DNA from: Candidatus Latescibacterota bacterium
GTDB taxonomy: Bacteria; Latescibacterota; UBA2968; UBA8231
Reading direction: 5' to 3'
Length of the DNA: 64,000 nt
Assembly (NCBI GenBank): GCA_965221775.1
Contig: CBDCSU010000004.1
Coordinates: 512,001-576,000, forward strand
Of this stretch, positions 1-7,221 are shown in pieces (within the stretch, counting starts at the first letter, position 1; the number at the start of each line of letters is the position of its first letter). The notes under the pieces are model-generated. The model searched no databases and was not told the origin of the DNA. It saw nothing but the letters and a program-made list of their open reading frames with translations. Both the position numbers and the translations under genes were made by a program.

Positions 1-655
1 CCAGCTCCGCGGCGGTCAGGCCGATGCGCTCGATGAGGGAGTCCACCTTCTCGTGGATGCCGGCGCCGGTCCGCGAGCCGTCCTCGCCGACGCGGCCGTT
101 GTAGTGGATGGTGGCGTGCAGGGGCTGGACGATGTCCCCGGCGTAGTGGGCCAGGAAGCCGGCGTAGACCAGGCACTTGTCCTGGATCACCCGGTTCTCC
201 GGCCATTTCCGGTGCTCGGCGAAGGCTACGGCGAGACGCTCGACGTACTCGGTGACGGCGTACGGGGCGAACCCGACCTCTTCGGGTCTGACGCCCAGAG
301 TGTGGCAGAGGGCGATGAAGTCGTAGCGCTTGGCGGGCAGCTGCTTTCCCTGCAGGAGCTCGATGTCGGCGAAGTGCTCGGGATGCTCGCCGTGCCGGAG
401 GTGCGGGGCCCGGCGGTTCTTGGCGACGTCGGGGTCGAAGGAGATGTGCGCCGCCGTCTCGGCCCCGGCGCGGAAGAAGGCGGGCACCTCCTCGGGCAGG
501 GCCAGGACCGCCGCCCGGGTCAGCAGGCCGTGGGTGTCCCCCCACCAGGCCGCGGCCGGCTGCGCCAGGGCCAGGGCGGCGAGGATCACACCCACCGCCG
601 GCCGGAAGCCGCTCCGCGTTGACACCCCTGAAGGGCTCCGTATAGTAGATTTCAT
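1..655 (-). CDS. Secreted S1/P1 nuclease / zinc-dependent phospholipase C family protein (3' end runs off the window)
   Basis: Manual minus-strand translation, not in the ORF track: ...VILAALALAQPAAA|WWGDTH...HPEHFADIE...LAHYAGDIVQPLH...GIHEKVD. Signal peptide followed by Trp1/His6 and the H-x3-D-x2-QPLH trinuclear Zn motif. Start is ATG 655 or GTG 625. Confidence 0.8.
   Translation of the reverse strand, partial: MKSTIRSPSGVSTRSGFRPAVGVILAALALAQPAAAWWGDTHGLLTRAAVLALPEEVPAFFRAGAETAAHISFDPDVAKNRRAPHLRHGEHPEHFADIELLQGKQLPAKRYDFIALCHTLGVRPEEVGFAPYAVTEYVERLAVAFAEHRKWPENRVIQDKCLVYAGFLAHYAGDIVQPLHATIHYNGRVGEDGSRTGAGIHEKVDSLIERIGLTAAEL
619..646 (+). promoter_or_regulatory. Putative sigma70 promoter of the peroxiredoxin gene
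   Basis: TTGACA (619-624) N16 TATAGT (641-646), about 80 nt upstream of ATG 725. Confidence 0.6.
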
Positions 656-724
656 CTTGCCTGCTTCACCCTCCCGGCCGCCGGACACGGCGGTCATCCC
701 CTTCTGCCACAGGAGTTACGAGCC

Positions 725-1360
725 ATGGCGATCCGATTGGGCGACGAAGCGCCCGACTTCACAGCCGAGACCACGGAAGGAACGATCTCCTTCCACGAGT
801 GGATCGGGGACGGCTGGGCCGTCCTGTTCTCCCACCCCGCCGACTTCACCCCGGTGTGCACCACCGAGCTGGGCACGGTGGCCAAGCTCAAGTCCGAGTT
901 CGAGAAGCGCAACGTGAAGATCGTCGCCCTGAGCGTCGATCCCGTCGATGCCCACGACCGCTGGATCGGGGACATCAACGAGACCCAGAACACGACTGTC
1001 AACTTTCCCCTCATCGCCGATCCGGATCGGAAGGTCTCCGACCTCTACGACATGATCCATCCGAACGCGCTCGACAACCTGACGGTGCGCTCCGTCTTCG
1101 TCATCGGCCCCGACAAGAAGGTCAAGCTCACCCTTACCTACCCGGCCTCGACGGGCCGCAACTTCGACGAAATCCTGCGGGTGATCGACTCCCTGCAGCT
1201 GACCGCCGAATACTCGGTGGCCACCCCGGCCAACTGGACCGACGGTGAGGACTGCATCGTCGTGCCGGCGGTCTCCGACGAGGATGCCAGGAGCAAATTC
1301 CCGAAGGGCTTCGAGGCGGTGAAGCCGTATCTGAGGGTTACGCCCCAGCCGAACCGGTAG
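725..1360 (+). CDS. 1-Cys peroxiredoxin (Prx6 family)
   Basis: FSHPADFTPVCTTELG active site, YPASTGRNFDEILRVIDSLQ, ATPANW; AGGAG SD. Confidence 0.95.
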   Translation: MAIRLGDEAPDFTAETTEGTISFHEWIGDGWAVLFSHPADFTPVCTTELGTVAKLKSEFEKRNVKIVALSVDPVDAHDRWIGDINETQNTTVNFPLIADPDRKVSDLYDMIHPNALDNLTVRSVFVIGPDKKVKLTLTYPASTGRNFDEILRVIDSLQLTAEYSVATPANWTDGEDCIVVPAVSDEDARSKFPKGFEAVKPYLRVTPQPNR

Positions 1361-1407
1361 TCCCCCCCCGGATCCCATCCGTCCCCGGATCGCCGGCGGA
1401 GGCGGCC

Positions 1408-1878
1408 TCAGAACGGCAGCCCGTCGTCCTCCAGCGCTCCCGGGGAACGGGTGGCCGTCGTGCCGGGCTCCGCCTCGCCCTCCCGCCCGTACAGGAGATC
1501 GAGCTCGCCGGGCCCCCCGGCGCCGTCGACGAAGCGGAGGTCGGTGACGACGATCTCCGTCACGCTGTGGCGGTGACCCTTGCCGTCCTCCCATTTCCGG
1601 GTCTGCAGGCGCCCCTCCACGTAGATCCGGACCCCCTTGCGCAGATGCTGGCTGGCGACCTCCGCCAGCCGGCGCCAGAGCACGAGGCGGTGCCACTCCG
1701 TGCGCCGCCGGCGGCCGCCCTTGCGGTCGGTCCAGGACTCGTCGGTAGCGAGGCTGGCGGTGGTCACCTGGGTCCCGGAGGGGGTGAACCGGGTCTCCGG
1801 ATCGTCGCCGAGGTTGCCCACGAGGGTCACCTTGTTGAGGCACTTGCCCGGTGCCGGGCGGGACAGGAGGTCAGACAT
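1408..1878 (-). CDS. ssb: Single-stranded DNA-binding protein
   Basis: LNKVTLVGNLGDDPE, TEWHRLV, YVEGRLQTRKW, acidic C-terminal tip DDGLPF. Start re-picked at ATG 1878, which overlaps the upstream gene's stop. Confidence 0.93.
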   Translation of the reverse strand: MSDLLSRPAPGKCLNKVTLVGNLGDDPETRFTPSGTQVTTASLATDESWTDRKGGRRRRTEWHRLVLWRRLAEVASQHLRKGVRIYVEGRLQTRKWEDGKGHRHSVTEIVVTDLRFVDGAGGPGELDLLYGREGEAEPGTTATRSPGALEDDGLPF

Positions 1879-2053
1879 CGCCCTTGTCCGGCGGGGTGCG
1901 GCGCTTGCGCCGCGCCTGCGGGGTCTCGATGCCGTAGCGGCGGCACAGGCGCCCGAAACTCCCCGGGGCGATGCCGAGGGCCACCCCGGCGTCGCGGTTG
2001 CTGGCGTAGATCCGGGCGGCCCGTGCGATCCGCTCGCGGTCGAACTGCTCCAT
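1871..2053 (-). CDS. Small (60 aa) basic helix-turn-helix protein, Fis-like, function unknown
   Basis: SNRDAGVALGIAPGSFGRLCRRYGI matches the Fis-type HTH pattern; AGGAGG SD 9 nt upstream; stop overlaps the ssb start. Confidence 0.8.
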   Translation of the reverse strand: MEQFDRERIARAARIYASNRDAGVALGIAPGSFGRLCRRYGIETPQARRKRRTPPDKGDV

Positions 2054-2123
2054 GACTCGGAACCTCCTGGCCTCGAGGTTGACATGAGAAGAGCCTGATC
2101 GGCGGAGGATCCGATCGGCCTGT

Positions 2124-2162
2124 GATGCACATCAGTATACTATTCATATGTGCATCTGTCAA
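2124..2162 (-). promoter_or_regulatory. Sigma70 promoter with overlapping palindromic operator (HTH-ssb operon)
   Basis: Minus strand TTGACA (2162-2157) N17 TATACT (2139-2134); perfect inverted repeat GATGCACAT (2124-2132) N15 ATGTGCATC (2148-2156). Confidence 0.85.
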
Positions 2163-2180
2163 CCTCTGGACCGGGGGCGG

Positions 2181-3332
2181 TCACGCCTCCCGCGTCCCCA
2201 CCTCCTCCAGCACCTCCAGGATCCTGTCTACGTCGGAGGTACCGTTGTAGACGTGGCCCGAGATGCGCACGCGGCCGTACTCCCCCCAGACCAGGACCCC
2301 CCGCGAGGCGAGCCTCCGCGCCAGGGCCGCGGCATCCTCGTCCAGAAAGCAGGTATTGCCGGAGCGGGCCGGCCGCCGCGAGGGGCTGATCACGGTTCGC
2401 CCGAGGGACCTGAGTCCCGCGTCGATCGCTTCCGAGAGGTCGCGGGCATGCTCCTCGGCGGCCTCGACCCCGATCCTCTCGAGATGGGCCAGCGCCTTCT
2501 CCAGGAACATGATGACGATCATGGCCGGATTCCCCGGCTCAAGGCGCTCGGGCATGGGCCGCACCGCCACCTCCGGGGTCCGAAGGGCTCCCTGATCCGG
2601 CCACACGGCCAGGTTGCGCCAGCCGAAACAGCTGTCCCGGACCACTTCGCCGGCCCGCTCGCTCAGGTAGCAGGGCGCGGTGCCGTGGGTGGCCAGCATC
2701 CACTTGTAGCTGCTGCTCACGCACAGGTCCGTCACCGCGGCGGGCACCCTCACGACTCCGGAGGCGTGGGTGGCGTCGACGGCCAGCAGGCACCCCGGGT
2801 GGGCGGACAGCCCCCGCGCCAGGGCTTCGACATCCAGGTTCTGTCCCGTGTAGAAGCCCACCTGGCTCACGGCGAGGACGCGGGTCCTGCCGTCGACGGC
2901 GGCCAGCAGCTCCTCCTCCCCCACGTGCCAGTCCTGGTGCGGCACCATGCGCACCTCGACACCCAGGTTGGCGATCTCCCGCCAGGCATACGCCACGGAG
3001 GGGAACTCCAGATCGTCGGTGACGACGTTGTCGCCGGGCCGCCAGGGCAGGCCCCGGGCCAGCCAGCCCATGCCCTCGGCCGCCGAGGGCACGAAGGCCA
3101 CGCGGTCCCTGGCGACCCCCCACAGGCGCGCCACGCGACCGCGGCAGCTCTCGCCCCGGCGGTAGATCTCCTCACGGCCCTCGAGTCCCCCGCTCTTGAG
3201 GCGGGCGAACTCGCGGTGGACCTGGTCGAACTCCTTCAGCCAGGGCGCCTCCCCTCCCGTGCACAGGTGAGCGACCCCGTCGATTCCCGTGAACAGCCCC
3301 GGGTCGAGCAACGGTGCGGTCTCCCTCGTCAT
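2181..3332 (-). CDS. PLP-dependent aminotransferase class V-fold enzyme
   Basis: VDATHASG, SSSYKWML (PLP Lys), RISGHVYN; no SufS/IscS catalytic Cys loop recognised. Confidence 0.88.
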   Translation of the reverse strand: MTRETAPLLDPGLFTGIDGVAHLCTGGEAPWLKEFDQVHREFARLKSGGLEGREEIYRRGESCRGRVARLWGVARDRVAFVPSAAEGMGWLARGLPWRPGDNVVTDDLEFPSVAYAWREIANLGVEVRMVPHQDWHVGEEELLAAVDGRTRVLAVSQVGFYTGQNLDVEALARGLSAHPGCLLAVDATHASGVVRVPAAVTDLCVSSSYKWMLATHGTAPCYLSERAGEVVRDSCFGWRNLAVWPDQGALRTPEVAVRPMPERLEPGNPAMIVIMFLEKALAHLERIGVEAAEEHARDLSEAIDAGLRSLGRTVISPSRRPARSGNTCFLDEDAAALARRLASRGVLVWGEYGRVRISGHVYNGTSDVDRILEVLEEVGTREA

Positions 3333-5461
3333 GACGACTCCCCTCCTGCCTCGCTCTCCTCGTCGATGGCGATCCGGGCCTCGGCGCGCGCCGGCTCGAG
3401 GAGATCCTCGTCGCGCAGCAGATGGGCCACCCGAAGCTCCGGCATCCCCGCCTGCCTCGTGCCCATCACCTCCCCTGGCCCACGTAGTTCCAAGTCCTTT
3501 CGTGCCAGTTCGAAACCATCCATGGTCTCACATAGAGAATCAAGTCTGGCCCGGGCGCCCGCGTCGTCCTCGCCGGAAGCGTGGTCGACCAGGATGCAAT
3601 ACGACGCCGACGCCCCCCGGCCGACGCGCCCGCGCAACTGGTGCAGCTGCGCGAGGCCGAAGCGCTCGGCGTGCTCCACCACCATCACCGTGGCGTTCGG
3701 GACGTCGACCCCGACCTCGATGACGGTGGTCGCCACCAGGACGTCGATCTCCCCTTCGGCGAACCGGCTCATGATGCCGGTCTTGTCGTCGGCCGGCAGC
3801 CGGCCGTGCAGGAGTTCCACCCGCAGCTCCTTCAACGGCCCCCGGGCCAGCTCCTCGAAGCCGGCCCGGGCCGAGTTCAGGTCGGAGCGCTCCGACTCCT
3901 CGATGACCGGGTAGACCACGTAGGCCTGGCGCCCCTCCGCTGCCTGGTCGACGAGGAAGGCGTGGATCCGTTCCCGGTGCGAGGGGTCCCGCCGGACGGT
4001 GCGCACCGCCCGGCGCCCCGGCGGCATCTCGTCGATGACCGAGACCGCCAGATCGCCGTAGAGGGTCATGGCGAGGGAGCGGGGAATCGGCGTGGCGGTC
4101 ATGATCAGCAGGTCGATCCCCTCGCCCTTGGCCGACAGACGGGTGCGCTGGGCGACGCCGAAGCGATGCTGCTCGTCGACCACGGCCAGCCCCAGCCGGG
4201 CGAAGGAGACCCCTTCCTCGATCAGGGCGTGGGTGCCGACGGCGATGCGCACGGAGCCGCTGGCGATCCCCGTCAGGAGCTCGCGGCGCACCACCGCCCG
4301 CTGGCCGCCCTTCAGGAGGACGATCGCCTCGACGCCGGCCGGCGAGGCGAGGCGGCGCAGGGTGTGGAAGTGCTGCTCGGCGAGGATCTCGGTGGGAGCC
4401 ATGAGGGCGGTCTGGCAGCCGCTCTCCACGGCGGCCAGGGCGGCGCACAAGGCGACCAGGGTCTTGCCCGAACCCACGTCGCCGTGCAGCAGCCGGCGCA
4501 TGGGGCGGGGCCGCGCCATGTCGGCGCCGATCTCGCCGATCACCCGCAGTTGCGCAGCCGTCGGCTCGAAGGGGATGGAGGCGAGGAGCCGGGGGACCAG
4601 CTCCCGGCTGGGGGGGATGGCACGGCCCGGGCGTCCGGCCAGCTGCCGGCGCCGGCGCTCGAGCTCGCGCTGGAGCAGGAACAGCTCCTCGAAGGCGAGG
4701 CGGCGGCGGGCCCGCTCCGCCGCCCCGAGGTCGGCGGGGAAGTGGGCGTCCCGCAGGGCCTGCCCGAGGCCGATCAGTCCCTGCCGCGCCTCCCCACCCA
4801 CGGGCAGCTGCGTGCCCACGGAGGGCAGCGAGCGCGTCAGGGCATCGCGCATGAGACGCCGGAAACCGCGGCTGCCCAGGCCGCGCTCCTTCATCTCCGC
4901 GCTGGAGCCGTAGAGGGGGACGACGGTCCCCGTGTGCAGCCGGCCGGCCCCGACGGTCTCGGCGTCGGAGAGGTGCTCGTACTCGGGGTGGCTCACCTGG
5001 CGCCGGCCGCGGTAGATCTCGATGCGGCCGCTGAGGGCGATCACGTCCCCGGCCTCGAAGGTGTGGTACCGGGCCCCCTGGAACCACACGCACCGCAGTC
5101 TGCCGCTGCCGTCCTCGACCTCCACGGTGTGAGGGGGCGAGCGTCGGCCGCGCCGGACGGGGGGCGGCCGGGAGGCGGAGCGGACGCTGCCGACGAGGGT
5201 GACTTCCTCCCCGATGGGGGCCTCGGCGATGGCGACGATCCGGCTGCGGTCGATGAACCGCCGGGGCAGCCGGGCGAGGAGATCGGCCACCGTGGCCAGG
5301 CCCTCCTTGCGCAGGGCCCGGGCCCGCAGGCGGCCGATACCGGGCACCTCTTCGATGGCCAGCCGCGCCGGTTCGCCGTGGAGGAGCGGCAGGGCCGGGG
5401 CCGCCTCGACCGGCGCCTCCGCGGTGCCGGCCGAGGCCGGGCGCCTGTCACCGGCGGGCAT
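3329..5461 (-). CDS. recG: ATP-dependent DNA helicase RecG
   Basis: Wedge OB domain, GDVGSGKT, DEQHRFG, TATPIPRSL, QLRGRVGRG, DGFELARKDLELRGPG. Confidence 0.97.
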   Translation of the reverse strand: MPAGDRRPASAGTAEAPVEAAPALPLLHGEPARLAIEEVPGIGRLRARALRKEGLATVADLLARLPRRFIDRSRIVAIAEAPIGEEVTLVGSVRSASRPPPVRRGRRSPPHTVEVEDGSGRLRCVWFQGARYHTFEAGDVIALSGRIEIYRGRRQVSHPEYEHLSDAETVGAGRLHTGTVVPLYGSSAEMKERGLGSRGFRRLMRDALTRSLPSVGTQLPVGGEARQGLIGLGQALRDAHFPADLGAAERARRRLAFEELFLLQRELERRRRQLAGRPGRAIPPSRELVPRLLASIPFEPTAAQLRVIGEIGADMARPRPMRRLLHGDVGSGKTLVALCAALAAVESGCQTALMAPTEILAEQHFHTLRRLASPAGVEAIVLLKGGQRAVVRRELLTGIASGSVRIAVGTHALIEEGVSFARLGLAVVDEQHRFGVAQRTRLSAKGEGIDLLIMTATPIPRSLAMTLYGDLAVSVIDEMPPGRRAVRTVRRDPSHRERIHAFLVDQAAEGRQAYVVYPVIEESERSDLNSARAGFEELARGPLKELRVELLHGRLPADDKTGIMSRFAEGEIDVLVATTVIEVGVDVPNATVMVVEHAERFGLAQLHQLRGRVGRGASASYCILVDHASGEDDAGARARLDSLCETMDGFELARKDLELRGPGEVMGTRQAGMPELRVAHLLRDEDLLEPARAEARIAIDEESEAGGESS

Positions 5462-5530
5462 GGTCTCCGGGATCGTCGATCATCCGCCGCCCCTCCGAGG
5501 GCGGATTCGGGGAGCGTGGCCGGCGGCCGG

Positions 5531-5560
5531 TTGACGCCCCGCGAGCCAACCCGGTAGACT
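5531..5560 (+). promoter_or_regulatory. Putative sigma70 promoter of the 5612 membrane protein gene
   Basis: TTGACG (5531-5536) N18 TAGACT (5555-5560). Confidence 0.5.
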
Positions 5561-5611
5561 TGAGGCCCCCCTCCCCCCGGACTTCCCCACCGCCAGCGCG
5601 TTTCTGACAAG

Positions 5612-6091
5612 GTGCCCGAACGCCCGTCGTTCTCCCATTTCCTGATCGGGGCGGCCGCCCTCGAGCGACCCTCCTTCCTCTACGCCTACATCGTCACCTG
5701 GCTGCATCTGCTGGTCGGCGTGCCGATCCTCGTCTTCGGGAAGGAGGTGCCCCTCCTCGACGCCCTGCCGCCGATGGCCATCAGCTCCGTGAGCCTCGGC
5801 GTCCTCCTCTACGGCCTGGCGGCGCGCAGACACGGGCTGCTGGTCAACCTCCTGCCCTACGCCGTCGGCCTCCGCCGCGCCGTCGACCCGTCATCGCTGG
5901 ATTACGTCTTCCTCCTCGTGGCCGTCGTCATCTCCCTCGCCTCCGTCTACCTGGTGCTGTCCGACGAGTACCGGCGCTTCACCCGCGAGCAGGGCGGGGT
6001 TGAGCGCGGCCTGCCCCTAGGCGTCGCCCTCGGCGCGGGGGCCGCGATCCTGCTGCTGCTGCTCTACGGCCTCCACCTCCCGCCCCGCTGA
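5612..6091 (+). CDS. Hypothetical integral membrane protein (about 4-5 TM)
   Basis: 159 aa hydrophobic ORF with strong GC3 bias filling the gap between recG and mraY. Confidence 0.75.
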   Translation: MPERPSFSHFLIGAAALERPSFLYAYIVTWLHLLVGVPILVFGKEVPLLDALPPMAISSVSLGVLLYGLAARRHGLLVNLLPYAVGLRRAVDPSSLDYVFLLVAVVISLASVYLVLSDEYRRFTREQGGVERGLPLGVALGAGAAILLLLLYGLHLPPR

Positions 6092-6107
6092 TCTCCCTCC
6101 CTCCCCT

Positions 6108-7214
6108 TCAGCGGATCTTCAGGGTCGCCAGCCCCACGAGGGCGAGGATTCCGGCGATGATCCAGAAGCGGATGACGATCTTGGTGTCGGCCAGCCCGCA
6201 GGCCTGGAAGTGGTGGTGCACGGGAGCGCTCCGGAAGAACCGCCGGCCCAGCCAGCGGATGCCGATCTTCTCCTGGATCACCACCGAGAGGGCCTCGCCG
6301 ACGAAGACGCCGCCGACGATGAGGAAGAGGAACTCCTGCTTCACCAGGACGACGACGGTCCCCAGGAGCCCGCCCAGGGCCATGGAGCCGGTGTCTCCCA
6401 TGATGACGTTGGCCGGGTAGGAGTTGAACCACAGGAAACCGAGACAGGCGCCGAAGACGGTGCAGCAGATAATCGTCACCTCCCCGGCTCCCGGGGTGAA
6501 GGGGAAGATGAGGAAGTCGGAGATCTCGGCGTGACTGGCCACATAGGCGAAGACCCCGTACACGGCGACGGCGAAGGCGGCGGGCACCACGGCGAGCCCG
6601 TCGATGCCGTCGGCGATGTTCACGGAGTTGGCGATGGCCACGACGGTGAAGGCGATGAAGGGGACGTAGCCGATGCCGAGATCGATGACCGGGGTCTTGA
6701 CGAAGGGCAGGTAGAGCTTGGTGGCCAGCCCCCCGGGCATCGGCGACAGAGGCTCGATGACGAAGGCCAGGCCGAAGGCCAGCCCGAAGAGGGCCTGGAG
6801 GACGAGCTTGGCCGTCTCCGAGAGCCCGCGGTCGCTGGTGCCGTGGCGGACCTTCAGATGGTCGTCGAGGTAACCCAGCGCCCCGAACCAGATCACCGCC
6901 GCCAGGGCCATGAGGACGAAGGTCTCGTGCAGGCGGCACCACAGCAGGCAGCCGCCGAGGACGGCGGCCACCAGCAGGGGACCGCCGTAGGTCTTGGTGG
7001 CGCGGGCCGTGGCCGGGGGGAAGTCGAAGCTGCGGCGCGTGTCGCGGCGGCCGCCGCGGTAGAGGGCGAGGATGACCCGGTCCCCGAAGAAGATGGTGAG
7101 CAGCAGGGCGGTGATGGCCCCGCCGATGGCGCGGAAGCTGATCGAGTCGAGGAGGCGCAGGAAGGACAGGGCCTCCACGCTCTCGTTCAGGTAGGTTCCG
7201 AGGTAGTAGAGCAC
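6108..7214 (-). CDS. mraY: Phospho-N-acetylmuramoyl-pentapeptide transferase (divergent)
   Basis: GYLDDHLK, NSVNIADGIDGL, NSYPANVIMGDTGS, APVHHHF; multi-TM. Confidence 0.92.
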   Translation of the reverse strand: MLYYLGTYLNESVEALSFLRLLDSISFRAIGGAITALLLTIFFGDRVILALYRGGRRDTRRSFDFPPATARATKTYGGPLLVAAVLGGCLLWCRLHETFVLMALAAVIWFGALGYLDDHLKVRHGTSDRGLSETAKLVLQALFGLAFGLAFVIEPLSPMPGGLATKLYLPFVKTPVIDLGIGYVPFIAFTVVAIANSVNIADGIDGLAVVPAAFAVAVYGVFAYVASHAEISDFLIFPFTPGAGEVTIICCTVFGACLGFLWFNSYPANVIMGDTGSMALGGLLGTVVVLVKQEFLFLIVGGVFVGEALSVVIQEKIGIRWLGRRFFRSAPVHHHFQACGLADTKIVIRFWIIAGILALVGLATLKIR

Positions 7215-7221
7215 GGCGGAT

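Noticed and set aside
1408-2053. HTH + ssb as a prophage or plasmid remnant
   Set aside because: Host-like codon usage, housekeeping flanks, no att repeats or other mobile genes; cannot be fully excluded.
3489-3508. Sigma54 -24-like CTGGCACG on the minus strand within the recG anomalous patch
   Set aside because: No TTGC at the required -12 position (reads GACT).
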